Shown here piece by piece: positions 1 to 11,597 of a stretch of DNA of 64,000 nt. The DNA lies in NCBI RefSeq assembly GCF_006345805.1, contig NC_043007.1, forward strand, positions 2,170,001 through 2,234,000, given 5' to 3'. Position 1 is the stretch's first letter. Every line of letters starts with the position of its first letter. The translations under genes and the position numbers were made by a program. The notes below the pieces were generated by a model that was not told the origin of the DNA, searched no databases, and was given only the letters and a program-made list of their open reading frames with translations. This DNA comes from Octopus sinensis (Eukaryota).

Positions 1-189
1 TCCAGTGTGTCCAGTGAAGCGAGGTATTCAACATGACTGACCGAGGGGATTTGTTCGTTTGCATGTGTCTCTGGAAAGCTTCCAGCAGATAAAGTCATTT
101 CCGCCATGACACTCCCGACCTTTTGCAAATATTTGTGAGGAGATATGCGAAGCAATGGCGGAAAGAATGCAAACTGAAGACTAGTTCAA

Positions 190-440
190 ATATTTGAGAG
201 GCATTTCGACCTGTAAAGGATTTTCATATCAGTTTGGAGAAAAACTTTTCGCTTAAAACAAAGAAGGTATCTAGTCTTGATGAAAAGCACTAAAATGTTC
301 GAAGTGAATCCATGAATCTAAGAGAGAGTGTTTGGAGCTAACAATGGTGTTTTAATACCTTTTTGTCTCAAGCGAGAATTATCATCTCCATGACAAAGTG
401 CAGTGAAAACCCTTTGCAGGTTAAAATACCTTTCAAATAT
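190..440. repeat. Imperfect inverted repeat (fold-back), ~80-85 bp arms, ~85 bp spacer
   Basis: Arm 190-270 (atatttgagaggcatttcgacctgtaaaggattttca...tcgcttaaaacaaagaaggtat) aligns with the reverse complement of 355-440 (atatttgaaaggtattttaacctgcaaagggttttca...tcgcttgagacaaaaaggtat). Confidence 0.7.
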
Positions 441-442
441 AT

Positions 443-731
443 ATTTCTTTACTACCCTCGGCGGAATTTGGATTCAGAACGTAACGATAGACGAAATACC
501 TATTTCTTTACTGCCCACAAGAGGCTAAACACAGAGGGGACAAACAAGGACAGACAAAGGGATTAAGTCGATTACATCGACCCCAGTGCGTAACTGGTAC
601 TTAATTTATCGACCCCGAAAGGATGAAAGGCAAAGTCGACCTCGGCGGAATTTGAACTCGGAACGTATCGGCAGACGAAATACGGCTACGCATTTCGCCG
701 GCGTGCTAACGATTCTGCCAGCTCGTCGCCT
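443..731 (-). mobile_element. SINE family B (tRNA-derived head, CORE-like central domain, internally repeated ~175-bp unit)
   Basis: Reverse complement reads ggcgacgagctggcagaatcgttagcacgccggcgaaatgcgtagccgtatttcgtctgccgatacgttccgagttcaaattccgccgaggtcgactttgcctttcatcctttcggggtcgataaattaagtaccag; more than 10 homologous copies in the window. Confidence 0.85.
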
Positions 732-1186
732 TTCAAATATAATTGAACTGGTTTTAAGTTTGTATCCAGTCCTATGTTCCATAATGAAACTTTTCATGTC
801 TTTTAGGCAACGTGGTGTAATTACACGCTGTTAGATCTACAACACTGAGCAGTCACTTTGTATCTCTCCCCAGTTCTTCTCGTTGCCTCACCAACCACGT
901 AGAAGTTTGGTGGTTGTAATGCTGGTAGCGATGATAGTCATACAGTCGGCATTATGCAGTGGCGTATGGTAGTGACAAACACTATTGCCGATGTTCGTAT
1001 AACTTGCATACGTTTTGTCTTCTTTATCAATGTTGTTTTTTGCGACAATAATGCGGTTTGATGTCATCTGTCTGTGAAGCAATTATATATTTTATTGCTG
1101 TTTACAACATAATAATTTACAGGCACATAAAAACGCAGATTTATGTCATCATGTGTATGTGAGTGGGCATGACTATATAGATTATA

Positions 1187-1600
1187 AATGTATGTATGTA
1201 TGTATGTATGTATGTATGATGTATGTATATATATGACTGTATGCATGCGTATATATATTTATATATATATATATATATATTCGTGTTCTTGAATAAATAA
1301 TAGATTAACCGAACACGTACATATACAGAATAAAAATTTATAAGTTATAATGAGACAAACTTTGAAGTTTCCCTGGTAATTGATTATTCAAACCAGTGTA
1401 AGTTCTGTTAACACTACTCTTGCAACATACATAATACATACATACATATACGTACATACATACATAGATACATACATACATACATACATACATACATACA
1501 TACATACATACATACATACATACATACATACATACACACATATATACATATACACACATACGTACATACATACATACATACATACATACATAAATACGTG
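1187..1600. repeat. (TATG)n, (TA)n and (CATA)n microsatellites
   Basis: Direct reading; these generate the MYVC/YIHT artefact ORFs. Confidence 0.95.
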
Positions 1601-2558
1601 TGTAAAAACATACATATACACGCATAGACACCCACACAAACATATTATGTAAATACATCGGTGTATTAACAAAAAACGGGAAGTCTCGACAAGTTTTTTG
1701 GAAGGTAAATATTTGTGTTAACTTGAATTACTCAAATTCTAACAATCGTCAAAGCACCTCTGATCTTCCAGACGCTGTTGACATCATAGGAAGGGTAAAA
1801 GTGCATTGTGTCATGCAGTTTAAAGGCTCACACAGTATATATACATATATATATATGAGGTAGTGAGATCCAAAATCGTTGCGGTACAGGCTGTTCGTTA
1901 GCCTAAAAAATAGACACGGCTTATACAGGTAACGTGAAACAGAGAATACGCGATCAATAAGGTTTCTTAATCAACGTATGTTACACATTTCGTCCCATAT
2001 TGAATTAGATATTCAGATAAGATGATGCCATTATGCAACTCAAATATATAGCAAAAATAGTTGCTCTGCGATTATAAATCAGTGGGTTTAGGAAAGGGGG
2101 AGAGTAAAAACAAACTACATATTCATTTCATTGGAAAAACCGACCCCTCTGCTTCCAGGTGGAGAGATTAACTCTGTGTGATTTGAACTCGGAACGAAAA
2201 GAGCCGTCTGAAAGACCGCAAAACCCATTTTTTATTGCAGAAACTGTTACGTTTCAACTAGTTCGTTACCTCTTATAGCAATAAATATTTGCATACAATA
2301 TATTGAGTAAAAAAGCCTCACATTAGATGGAAAAGAAAACGGTCGAAGGCTACCTGCGAAATTCAAACCTGCATCTTCAATACCCAAGATAGAGTATGGA
2401 TTGCTTTCTCTTTTCCCTGGCAAAGGTATTTTAAGGAATATATCACATGCTATTATATATAGTTGTATCCACTTTCGGACACCCATCACCCTTAAAAGAA
2501 TTTACGAAGGTTTTAGTTTGTAAAGGAGAGTATTTCGAAATGTGCTAAAAATATTGTC

Positions 2559-3010
2559 ATAGGCGTGGGAGTGGCTGTGTGGTAAGTAGCTTCCTTACGA
2601 ACCACATGGTTCCGGGTTCAGTCCCACTGCGTGGCACCTTGGGCAAGTGCTTCTACTATAGCCGCGGGCCGACCAAAGCCTTGTGAGTGGATTTGGTAGA
2701 CGGAAACTGAAAGAAGCCCGTAGTATAATGTTATATATATATATATATATTATATATATATATATATATATCTAATATATGTGTGCGTGTGTATGTTTGT
2801 GTGTCTCTCTTTGACCTCCAACATCACTTGACAACCGATGCTGGAGTATTACGACGTCCCTGTCGCTTAGAGGTTCGGCAAGAAAGACCGATAGAATAAG
2901 TACTAGGCTTACAAAGAATAGGTCCTGGGCTCGATTTGCTCGACTAAAAGGTAGTGCTCCAGCATGGTCACAGTCAAATGACTGAAACGAGTAAAAGAGT
3001 AAAGAGTAAA
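2559..3010 (+). mobile_element. SINE family A, full length (tRNA-derived head, internal (TA)n(TG)n, 3' tail ending in (AAAGAGT)n)
   Basis: A-box-like tggctgtgtgg and B-box-like ggttcagtccc; tail cagcatggtcacagtcaaatgactgaaacgagtaaaagagtaaagagt; about 15 copies in the window. Confidence 0.9.
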
Positions 3011-3246
3011 TAGTATGATCGAGTTGATGGTAAGCTACATTAGCATCTCTGAAAAATTGTCAGTATTTAAAAAACTTTATATTTTATAACGTCGTAAAAA
3101 TTCAAAATATTCATAAAGGGAAAATTCAACATTTATTTGTTTTAATAAGATATCTATAAGAATTACAGTGGAATGGTTGCCAGACAAGCGATTTGATCTG
3201 AGACCGTGTATTGAAATGAAAACAGCTCCAGCGTGTAAAACATATT

Positions 3247-3636
3247 GGTGGAAGCACTCCGTCGGTTACGACGACGAGGGTTCCGGTTGATCCGAATCAA
3301 CGGAACAGCCTGCTCGTGAAATTAACGTGTAAGTGGCTGAGCACTCCACAGACACGTGTACCCTTAACGTAGTTCCCGGGGATGTTCAGCGTGACACAGA
3401 GAGTGACAAGGCCGGCCCTTTGAAATACATGTACAACAGAAACAGGAAGTAAGAGTGAGAGAAAGTTGTGGTGAAAGAGTACAGCAGGGATCACTACCAT
3501 CCCCTGCCGGAGCCTCGTGGAGCTTTTAGGTGTTTTCTTGCTCAATAAGCACTCACAACGCCCGGTCTGGGAATCGAAACCGCGATCCTACGACCACGAG
3601 TCCGCTGTCCTAACCACTGGGCCATTGCGCCTCCAC
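3247..3636 (-). mobile_element. SINE family C (head 1 + tail X) with 12-bp TSD
   Basis: tRNA-like head gtggaggcgcaatggcccagtggttagg...gtttcgattccc; perfect TSD gtaaaacatatt at 3235-3246 and 3637-3648. Confidence 0.9.
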
Positions 3637-4018
3637 GTAAAACATATTAACCATTTAAAAATGCACAAAGACTGTTAACTTCACTTAAACATTTATTTGG
3701 TGTCGAAATTTCTATCGCTCTGAGTGCAACCTGGTTATTGACGCGATTCCATTGCATCTGGTTTGTGGTGAGGTTGTTGGTATATATAGGTTACAAATTT
3801 ATATAGTTTTTAAAATAAAATCGTCGTTCCGGTTGAGTGATCATAGCTGATCAGTTAACTTGGTGTTTAGTTGTATTTCCCGTACCGACTCTTCTTTCTT
3901 TACTTCTCTTTTCATTTGAAGTTGTATACAGTGATTGGGAAGATTAATGACTGCAAAGAAGCGAAGCTACCAGAACCTACCAGAGAACAGAGACAATAGG
4001 AAGCAGCAGCAGACGCGA

Positions 4019-4060
4019 CAGTAGTAGTAGTAGTAGAAGCAGTAGTATTATTATTATTAC

Positions 4061-4098
<38 letters not shown>

Positions 4099-4113
4099 TA
4101 TTATTATTATTAT

Positions 4114-4151
<38 letters not shown>

Positions 4152-4170
4152 ATACTAGTAGTAGTAGTAA
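4019..4170. repeat. Compound (TAG)n/(TAT)n microsatellite
   Basis: Direct reading. Confidence 0.95.
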
Positions 4171-4384
4171 AAATTGTATTTTGATTATTGTTTAAATTAA
4201 TTAAGGGTATGTATTAGTGGGAAACGAACGACTTATTTCAAAGGGAAATGAAACAAATGTAACCTTTTATGTTTCTCTTTTATCTTTTGCTTGTTCCAGT
4301 CATTGAATTGCCGCCATATTGTGGCACCACCTCGAACTGTTCAGCCAAACAAATGAACTTCAAAATATATAAACATATATGCAT

Positions 4385-4797
4385 TTTCCTATTTCTTTAT
4401 GGCCCTGAAGGGGCCAAACATAGAGTGGACAAACAAGGACATACAAAGGGATTAAGTCGATGACATCGACCACAGTGCGTAACTGGTACTTAATTTATCG
4501 ACCTCAAAAGGATGAAAGGCAAAGTTGATCTCGGCGGAATTCGAACTAAGAACCTAGCTGCAGACGAAATATCGCTAAGCAATTCGCTCGGCGTGCTAAC
4601 GTTCTTATTTCTTTATTGCCCACAAGGGGCTAAACATAGAGGGGACAAACAAGGACAGACAGAGGGATTAAGTCGATTACATCGGCCCCTGTGTGTAACT
4701 GGTACTTAATTCATCGACCCAGAAACGATGAAAGGCAAAGTCGACATCGGCGGAATTTGAACTCAGAACGTAACGGCAGACGGAATACCTATTTCTT
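4385..4797 (-). mobile_element. SINE family B, tandem internal units
   Basis: Repeated aagtcgacatcggcggaatttgaactcagaacg / ggtacttaatttatcgacc / ggacaaacaaggacagacagagggattaagtcg motifs. Confidence 0.85.
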
Positions 4798-4968
4798 TCC
4801 TACTGCTTAGTAAAGAAATACCTGGGGTATAGTAGAAAACACTTGCCCAAGGTACTGTACAATGGAAGTGAACCCGAAATCACATGGCTGCAAAGCAAGC
4901 ATCTAAATCACACAGCCATGCTTGTGCTGAAAAAGGAAATACATATACAACTTATTAATTACAATTAC

Positions 4969-5389
4969 TAGGCGTAGTAGTGACTGTGTGGTAAGTAGTT
5001 TGCTTACCAACCACGACGTTCCGGGTTCAGTCCCACTGCGTGGCACCTTGGGCAGCTGTTTTCTACTATAGCCTCGGGCCGACCAAAGCCTTGTGAGAGG
5101 AATTTGGTAGACGGAAACTGAAAGAAGCCTGTCGTATATATGTATATATATATATATATATGTATGAGTGTGTATACGTTTGCGTGTCTGTGTTTGTCCC
5201 CCAACATCGCTTGACAATCGATGCTGGTCCATGTAACTTAGCGGTTCGGCAAAAGGGACCGATTCAATAAGTACTAGGCTTACAAAGAATAAGTCCTGGG
5301 GTCGATTTGCTCGACTAAAGGCGGTGCTCCAACATGGCCGCAGTCAAATGACTGAAACAAGTAAAAGAGTAAAAAAGCAAAAGAGTAAA
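4969..5389 (+). mobile_element. SINE family A, full length
   Basis: Colinear with 2559-3010. Confidence 0.9.
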
Positions 5390-5479
5390 CCAATATGTCA
5401 ATAAGCTCTATTAATTATACATTATTGTCTCACAGTCTCAGCTCCTGTACTTTCATTATTATCTCCTGTACTTTCAAGT

Positions 5480-5880
5480 ACACTGGATGATAAGTTGATG
5501 CAACTGTTTTCAGTTTGGCTCCGGTTTTTGTATGAATCTGGTTTTGTGATATTGATCTTTCTCCCTTCGGTTATAAATGTTCTGTGCCATGAACTTTTTT
5601 GGTTTTATTCTCTCTTTTCCGTACAGTGGCGTCAATTTGAAAGCTGTTTTAGAATGGCGTCCTTCTGGTTGCCGAGGTATGCAACCTGCTAATTTTAAAT
5701 CTTCGTTCTGTTATGATTTCGCTTAGTGGTCTTGCATTATCTGTCTTTAGAATATGTTTATTGATTATGTAGTCTTGCCAGTGCGTTCTCAGAATCTTTC
5801 CCAAGCATCTGTATCAGATATACTTAGTTTTCTGTCGATTTTCACGGTGCTTTTCCACGTAGAGAATAATCGACATCTTT
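5480..5880 (-). pseudogene. Decayed RTE-clade LINE ORF2 C-terminal fragment
   Basis: Manual minus-strand translation gives RCLGKILRTHWQDYIINKHILKTDNARPLSEIITERRFK, resembling the RTE post-RT motif RCLRxILxIxWxDxITNxEIL...LSExIxxRRL; stops and frameshifts present. Confidence 0.7.
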
Positions 5881-6549
5881 AACCTTTGGCACACTGTAGG
5901 TACATCATGTCACCGTATGAGTTTTCTACCGAAGCTCAGGGGAAACAATTGTAGAATAAATGCAGAAAATACACGTTGAATCTTTGCCAACGCTAATTGT
6001 ATCATTAACATGCTTTATGCACAATAAAAATTACAGATGAAACCTAATTATACACCTACTCATTAAAACATGCAATCTCATTTTGTCTTTTTCCTTATGT
6101 TACTACACTGTATGCTGATGTATTTTTAAGTTATGTTCCAATATATTCACTCATACCAACTTACGAACCTCATCTACTTACTTATATTGGTTGATTCCAT
6201 AGTGCAATTGTCTCAAGCTATACCAAGTTACTCTAAATAATACGCAGTCTAAACACATATTTTACCAATATTAACCAAACCTGTAAAAGATATTGCTATT
6301 TTAAGATAAATGAGCAGTTGTTTTTTTTATATTTCTTTAACACGACAAATTTCTCTGTGTAACAACATGCAGTTTACACACATATGTTGCAGCTCTGTAG
6401 AAGTCAATATTATTTTAAGATAAGCATCTTTCATATACATCACTTCGAAAACTTTAGCAAGTATAAGATATTTGTCATCTTATTCAAACTTCTAACCGAT
6501 ATCTACTTCTCTTTTACTTTCTTATTTTAATCCACGTTATGAACTTCAT

Positions 6550-6579
6550 ACATATACATACACACACCACACACACACC

Positions 6580-6616
<37 letters not shown>

Positions 6617-6649
6617 TATATATATATATATATATATATGTTTAGATAC

Positions 6650-6681
<32 letters not shown>

Positions 6682-6723
6682 GTAATATATATATATATAT
6701 ATGTATATATGTTGTATATATAC

Positions 6724-6777
<54 letters not shown>

Positions 6778-6850
6778 GTATATATAATATATATATATAC
6801 GTATATATATGTATAAATACATATATAATATATATATGTATATATACATA
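6550..6850. repeat. (CA)n + (TA)n microsatellite block
   Basis: Direct reading. Confidence 0.95.
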
Positions 6851-7896
6851 TATAAAGTTGAAAATATGGACTAAAATAAATTAAAAGAGGAGTGAAATGT
6901 TGGTATGTATATGTAAATTTGTGTATGTGCATATATGGGTGTCTGTGTATGTGCGCGCGCGTGTTTTTCTGCTTCTATTCCAATGCCATACATTTTCATT
7001 TGATTTGATAAAGTGTGTTTTTTCTCTATGTTGTTCGTATTTGAATAATGCATTTGTTCCAATCTACACTAAAATGAAATGGCAATACAGGAGGGGAAAA
7101 TTACAGAGAAGTATTGATCCATACAGTTTACGGTAAAAGATAATGTTTGAAATATTAGAATAAAGTAATGAAGTTAAGACCAACTTTATTTTTAGGCAAA
7201 TATTCTACCTGGGTTAAAAGAATCAGACGACACAGATTCATTTGACTTCAATATTGGGTGCGTTTTATAGTAAGTGCAGAGGTATAGAGCTTAATATATA
7301 TTCTGAATATACGACATGGGAAAATTTGCTGCGGAAAGCATTATTCTCTTTAGACTTGATGTTCCGGTTATCTTCTAAAGTACAATTGACAGTCATGTCA
7401 AATGTTTGCTAGAGGCTGCTACATAATGGTAGTGAAGGGGAGATAGAGAAAAGAGACAAAGCAAGACAAAGACAGAGAGAGAAAGAGTGAGAGAGAAAGA
7501 CCGACAGACAGACAGAGAGAGACACAGAAAGAGGGTATTTAAAGGGAGAGAATCACTTCTAAGTTTTTTTTTCTCGTATTTTGTGTAAAAAATTCTAATC
7601 GGAGTGTGAAAAATGGAGATAGGATACATATTTCTCATATGATTTTAAAATGAATAATGGAATAGTCATCTATGTTTCCGTTTCATCTTATTTATGATTC
7701 ATCAGTACGACATAACTCGAGTTTTAAACTTTTATTATTATCTTCAGAAAACTCGGCTTGAAAACGAACTATTACCGCTAATTTAAGTATCATAAACTTT
7801 CTAGATATTGTCCTCAATTTAACAGCAATGTATAAAAACACTATAACAAATATAATAAACCCAGGCCATTCACTTATATTCTTTAAAAAATCTAAT

Positions 7897-7958
7897 AATC
7901 TTTCGTCACACATCCTGTGACCTCATCAGTGACTCTCCTGCCCACGTATCAAAAGATT
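7897..7958 (-). ncRNA. Candidate hammerhead ribozyme, type III-like, irregular
   Basis: Minus strand: AAUCU-U-(U)UGAU[loop]GUCA-CUGAUGA-G-GUCACA[GGAUG]UGUGAC-GAAA-GAUU. Core, 6-bp stem II and 5-bp stem III are present, but with two extra nucleotides. Confidence 0.4.
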
Positions 7959-8112
7959 TCCAGACAAAAGACAGGAGAGACAGAATGGAGTAAATAGAAC
8001 AAGGGGGGTGGCGAGTGACATGGAGAGTTGTTGAAGAGGTCTAACTAATAATATCAGGAAAAAATATCTTAGCTGTTGTCGAATAAATAAAGCGCTACTA
8101 AATTTTAATTTT

Positions 8113-8285
8113 CAGGTGGAGTGGCTGTGTGGTAAGTAGCTTGCTTACGAACCACATGGTTCCGGGTTCAGACCCACTGCGTGGCACCTTGGGCAAATGT
8201 CTTCTATTATAGCCTCGAGCCGACCAAAGCCATGTGAGTGGATTTGGTAGACGGAAACTGAAAGAAGCCCGTCGTATATATGTAT

Positions 8286-8328
<43 letters not shown>

Positions 8329-8561
8329 TGTGGTATATGTTTGTGTGTATGTGTTTGTCCTCCCAACATCGCTTGACAACCGATGCTGGTGTGTTTACGT
8401 CCCCGTAACTTAGCGGTTCGTCAAAGAACCGATATAATAAGTACTAGGCTTACAAGGAATAAGTCCTGGGGTCGATATGCTCGACTAAAGGCTGTGCTCC
8501 AGCATGGCCGCAATCAAATGACTGAAACAAGTAAAAGAGTAAAGAGTAAAGAGTAAAGAGT
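8113..8561 (+). mobile_element. SINE family A, full length
   Basis: Colinear with 2559-3010; tail ends in (aaagagt)x4. Confidence 0.9.
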
Positions 8562-9059
8562 ACTGTTATAAAACACTAGAATCTCCACGGTTCAAGAATA
8601 GTACCACATACAACATAAAACCCAATGCAGTCAGAGATTAAAGAATGATAATGCAGTATTATCTATTTGATACATTCTTTTCTGTAAATATTGTGTCTAA
8701 TCAACTCAGAACTTTCTAGTCTCAATAGATAAGCATTTCCACTTCAAACATTGAGAAAGAAAACTGAGAAATATAACAACGTTAAAATTAGTCCCAGATG
8801 TACCGGTTCTAGGAACAACGTAAACATATGTAAATCTATTAGATTAATTGAGGTTAAATGTGTACGCAGAGCTAGAAAGACAAGCCCTCTTAATTAGTCA
8901 CGAAGATCCAAAGAGAACATTTATGAAACAGAAGTCTCTGCGCGAAAGAAACTTCATGCAGTACGCGAACACTACGTGACTATTCTGGAAAGTAAAATGA
9001 AATAAAGAGGAAATGTACTACACTCCAGAAATATGTTTTCTCCAGATACGCATTTACGT

Positions 9060-9453
9060 ATTTACTTGTTTCAGTCATTTGACTGTGGCCATGCTGGAGC
9101 ACCGCTTTTAGTCGAGGAAATCGCCCCCAGGACTTATTCTTTCTATCGGTATCTTTTGCCGAACCGCTAAGTTACGGGGTCGTAAACACACCAGCATCGG
9201 TTGTCAAGCGATGTTTGCGGCGGAGGGGGGGGGGGGGGCAAACACAGACACACAGACACACATTTATATATATATATATATACATATATACGACGGGCTT
9301 CTTTCAGTTTCCGTCTACCAAATCCACTCACAAGGCTTTGGTCTACCCGAGGCTATAGCAGAAGACACTTGCCCAAGGTGCCACGCAGTGGGACTGAACC
9401 CGGAACCATGTGGTTGGTAAGCAACCTACTTACCACACAGCCACTCCTGCACC
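9060..9453 (-). mobile_element. SINE family A, full length, inverted relative to 8113-8561
   Basis: tttacttgtttcagtcatttgactgtggccatgctggagcaccgc...accacacagccactcctgcacct. Confidence 0.9.
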
Positions 9454-10029
9454 TATATATAGAAAAGAGTACAAAAAAAATCTCTTTATGCCTGGAATTT
9501 GAAAAAGCAGGCAATGAAGACCACATCAAAAGGAAACTAAATGATACTGCTGACATTAGAAGCATACAAATTGATAAATACAAGAACGGAAATACTTGGT
9601 AAATGTTACTACATTAGTAAGTAATTCCTAAAAATAGGCCGACAACACCTCCAACTGGTTAAAGAGATCTATAATTACGTATAACATACGTTACTTATTT
9701 TATAACTTTACATGTTTGTCGATTTTTCGTACGGATCAATATTTTTCTGCATTTTCCTCTTTTTAATAATTTAATTGATATGATCGAATTCACTGTACCA
9801 ATTGCAACTATTTCTACTTTCACATATACTCCGGCATTAACTTAATTTTATCTCGTCCGACTTTTTCTTTCGCCGATACAGCATGTTCGTTATATAAGTT
9901 GACTTTGATTTGATTTCTGCTTTAACAAAGTGTATAAAATGAAACTTACAAGCACACAAACACACACACACACATACACACACATATATCCACACGTCCA
10001 CACGTACATATTAATATAAATTAAATATG

Positions 10030-10107
<78 letters not shown>

Positions 10108-10278
10108 GTTGAAATTTATAGTAAAAACAAAAGACGAAGACAGGTGTGTGAGCAACAAGCAAGTGTATTAGTTTGACGCTCGGGAGAAATGAAAAAAGTC
10201 TTTTACGTTTCGAGCCTACGCTCTTCAACAGAAAGGAATAAGAGAAAATAAAGAGAGGGAGAGAATGAAAAAAAAAAA
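10108..10278 (-). mobile_element. Family D short interspersed element carrying an HHR-like fold, 3' end abutting (TA)n
   Basis: Homologous to 55100-55238 (+) and 11374-11446 (aaaacaaaagacgaagacagg...tattagtttgacgctcggga...cgtttcgagcctacgctcttc). Confidence 0.75.
10200..10235 (-). ncRNA. Candidate minimal type I hammerhead ribozyme (A6U, extra A after A9)
   Basis: CUUU-CUGUUGA-A-GAGC[GUAG]GCUC-GAAAC-GUA-AAAG: stem I CUUU/AAAG, palindromic ACGU stem III, GUA triplet. Confidence 0.5.
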
Positions 10279-10418
10279 CATGTGGAGTTCAGCTGTCCAG
10301 CATGTGTGCATGAATGCTTGTGTACGTATGAGCGTATGTATTGTGCATATGTGTGTGCATGTATATATACAAACACACACGCATGCACACATTCTCTTGT
10401 TTATTTTCTCTTATTCTT

Positions 10419-10483
<65 letters not shown>

Positions 10484-10577
10484 GGATAAAGTTGAAAGGA
10501 ACACACGAGTTGATATATATGAAAAAAAAAAACAAGTCAAGATAGAAAATGCTAAATAATTTTATAAAAGAACATTT

Positions 10578-10615
10578 CAGTACCGGTTTCGGTCATTTTG
10601 AGACCTTTTCAACTG
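10578..10615 (-). ncRNA. Candidate minimal type I hammerhead ribozyme with U3-A8 covariation
   Basis: CAG-UUGAAAA-GGUC[UCAAAAU]GACC-GAAAC-CG-GUA-CUG: all core positions accounted for; stems I and II Watson-Crick; palindromic ACCGGU stem III. Confidence 0.6.
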
Positions 10616-10806
10616 TAACGATTAAATAATTAAATTTAGAAAAAATAAAATAAAAGTTTTTAACGACCTCGAACACACAAGTGAAAACAAGAGAGACAGA
10701 GAAAGGCAGAAACAAGGAAAATGCCACTTATATTTGAACACTATACAAATATTCCTTTAAAAAAACTTTTCTTTTAATTTTTCTAAATTTAATTATTTAA
10801 TCGTAA

Positions 10807-10844
10807 CAGTTGAAAAGGTCTCAAAATGACTGAAACCGGTACCG
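10807..10844 (+). ncRNA. Mirror copy of the U3-A8 hammerhead, slightly degenerate
   Basis: CAG-UUGAAAA-GGUC[UCAAAAU]GACU-GAAAC-CG-GUA-CCG; G.U closing pair in stem II and an A-C mismatch in stem I. Confidence 0.45.
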
Positions 10845-11373
10845 AAATGTTCTTTATAAAAATATTTTAGCATTTTCTATCTTGACTTGTTTTTTCATAT
10901 ATATATTATATATATATATATATATATATTAATCAATATAGGGGTGGCAAGGAAAATTTGTAGAATTTTATTGCCACCAGCGGCCCAGGAATTAATCTTT
11001 ATTTGCGGTAGAAGCTTTGGCTGTTGTTTTCTAGTGGGTGAATGGCCTATTATGGCCGTTCCTTAATTGTTATATATATATATATATATATAATATATAT
11101 ATATATATAATTATATGCATGTGTGTATGTATATGTATGTATGTAGCATGTAGTATGCATGTATTGTATACACATGTATACACGCATATATGCAAAAATA
11201 TGTGCGTATATGTAATCATATATATATACGTAAACATATTTGATGTTAACCATTTCGCTTAAAAACAACATTGCGAATAGAATTTCCCACATAGAAACTG
11301 TGTAGACTTACACAGTTTCTATGTATATGTATATGTACGTATGTGTGTGTGTATATATATGTATATATATGTA

Positions 11374-11446
11374 GTTGAAATTTATAGAAAAACAAATAAC
11401 GAAGACAGGCTTAAAAACTACAAGTAGGTTTATTAGTTTCACGCTG
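11374..11446 (-). mobile_element. Family D fragment (3' end only, truncated before the HHR)
   Basis: gttgaaatttatagaaaaacaaataacgaagacagg...tattagtttcacgct matches 10108-10180. Confidence 0.7.
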
Positions 11447-11553
11447 TCTATCTACGCTTCCCACACAAAAATACTTGCATGGAAACGAGAGGCATTCAGA
11501 AAGTCATAAATACAAGGCAATAGTTACACACACACACACGTATATATACATGC

Positions 11554-11597
<44 letters not shown>

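Larger units (their letters stand above)
10514..10903. mobile_element. Fold-back element: ~145-bp inverted arms (10514-10660, 10760-10903), ~100-bp spacer, flanked by (TA)n
   Basis: The left arm gaaaaaaaaaaacaagtcaagatagaaaatgctaaa...gagaccttttcaactgtaacgattaaataattaaatttagaaaaa is the near-exact reverse complement of the right arm. Confidence 0.9.
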
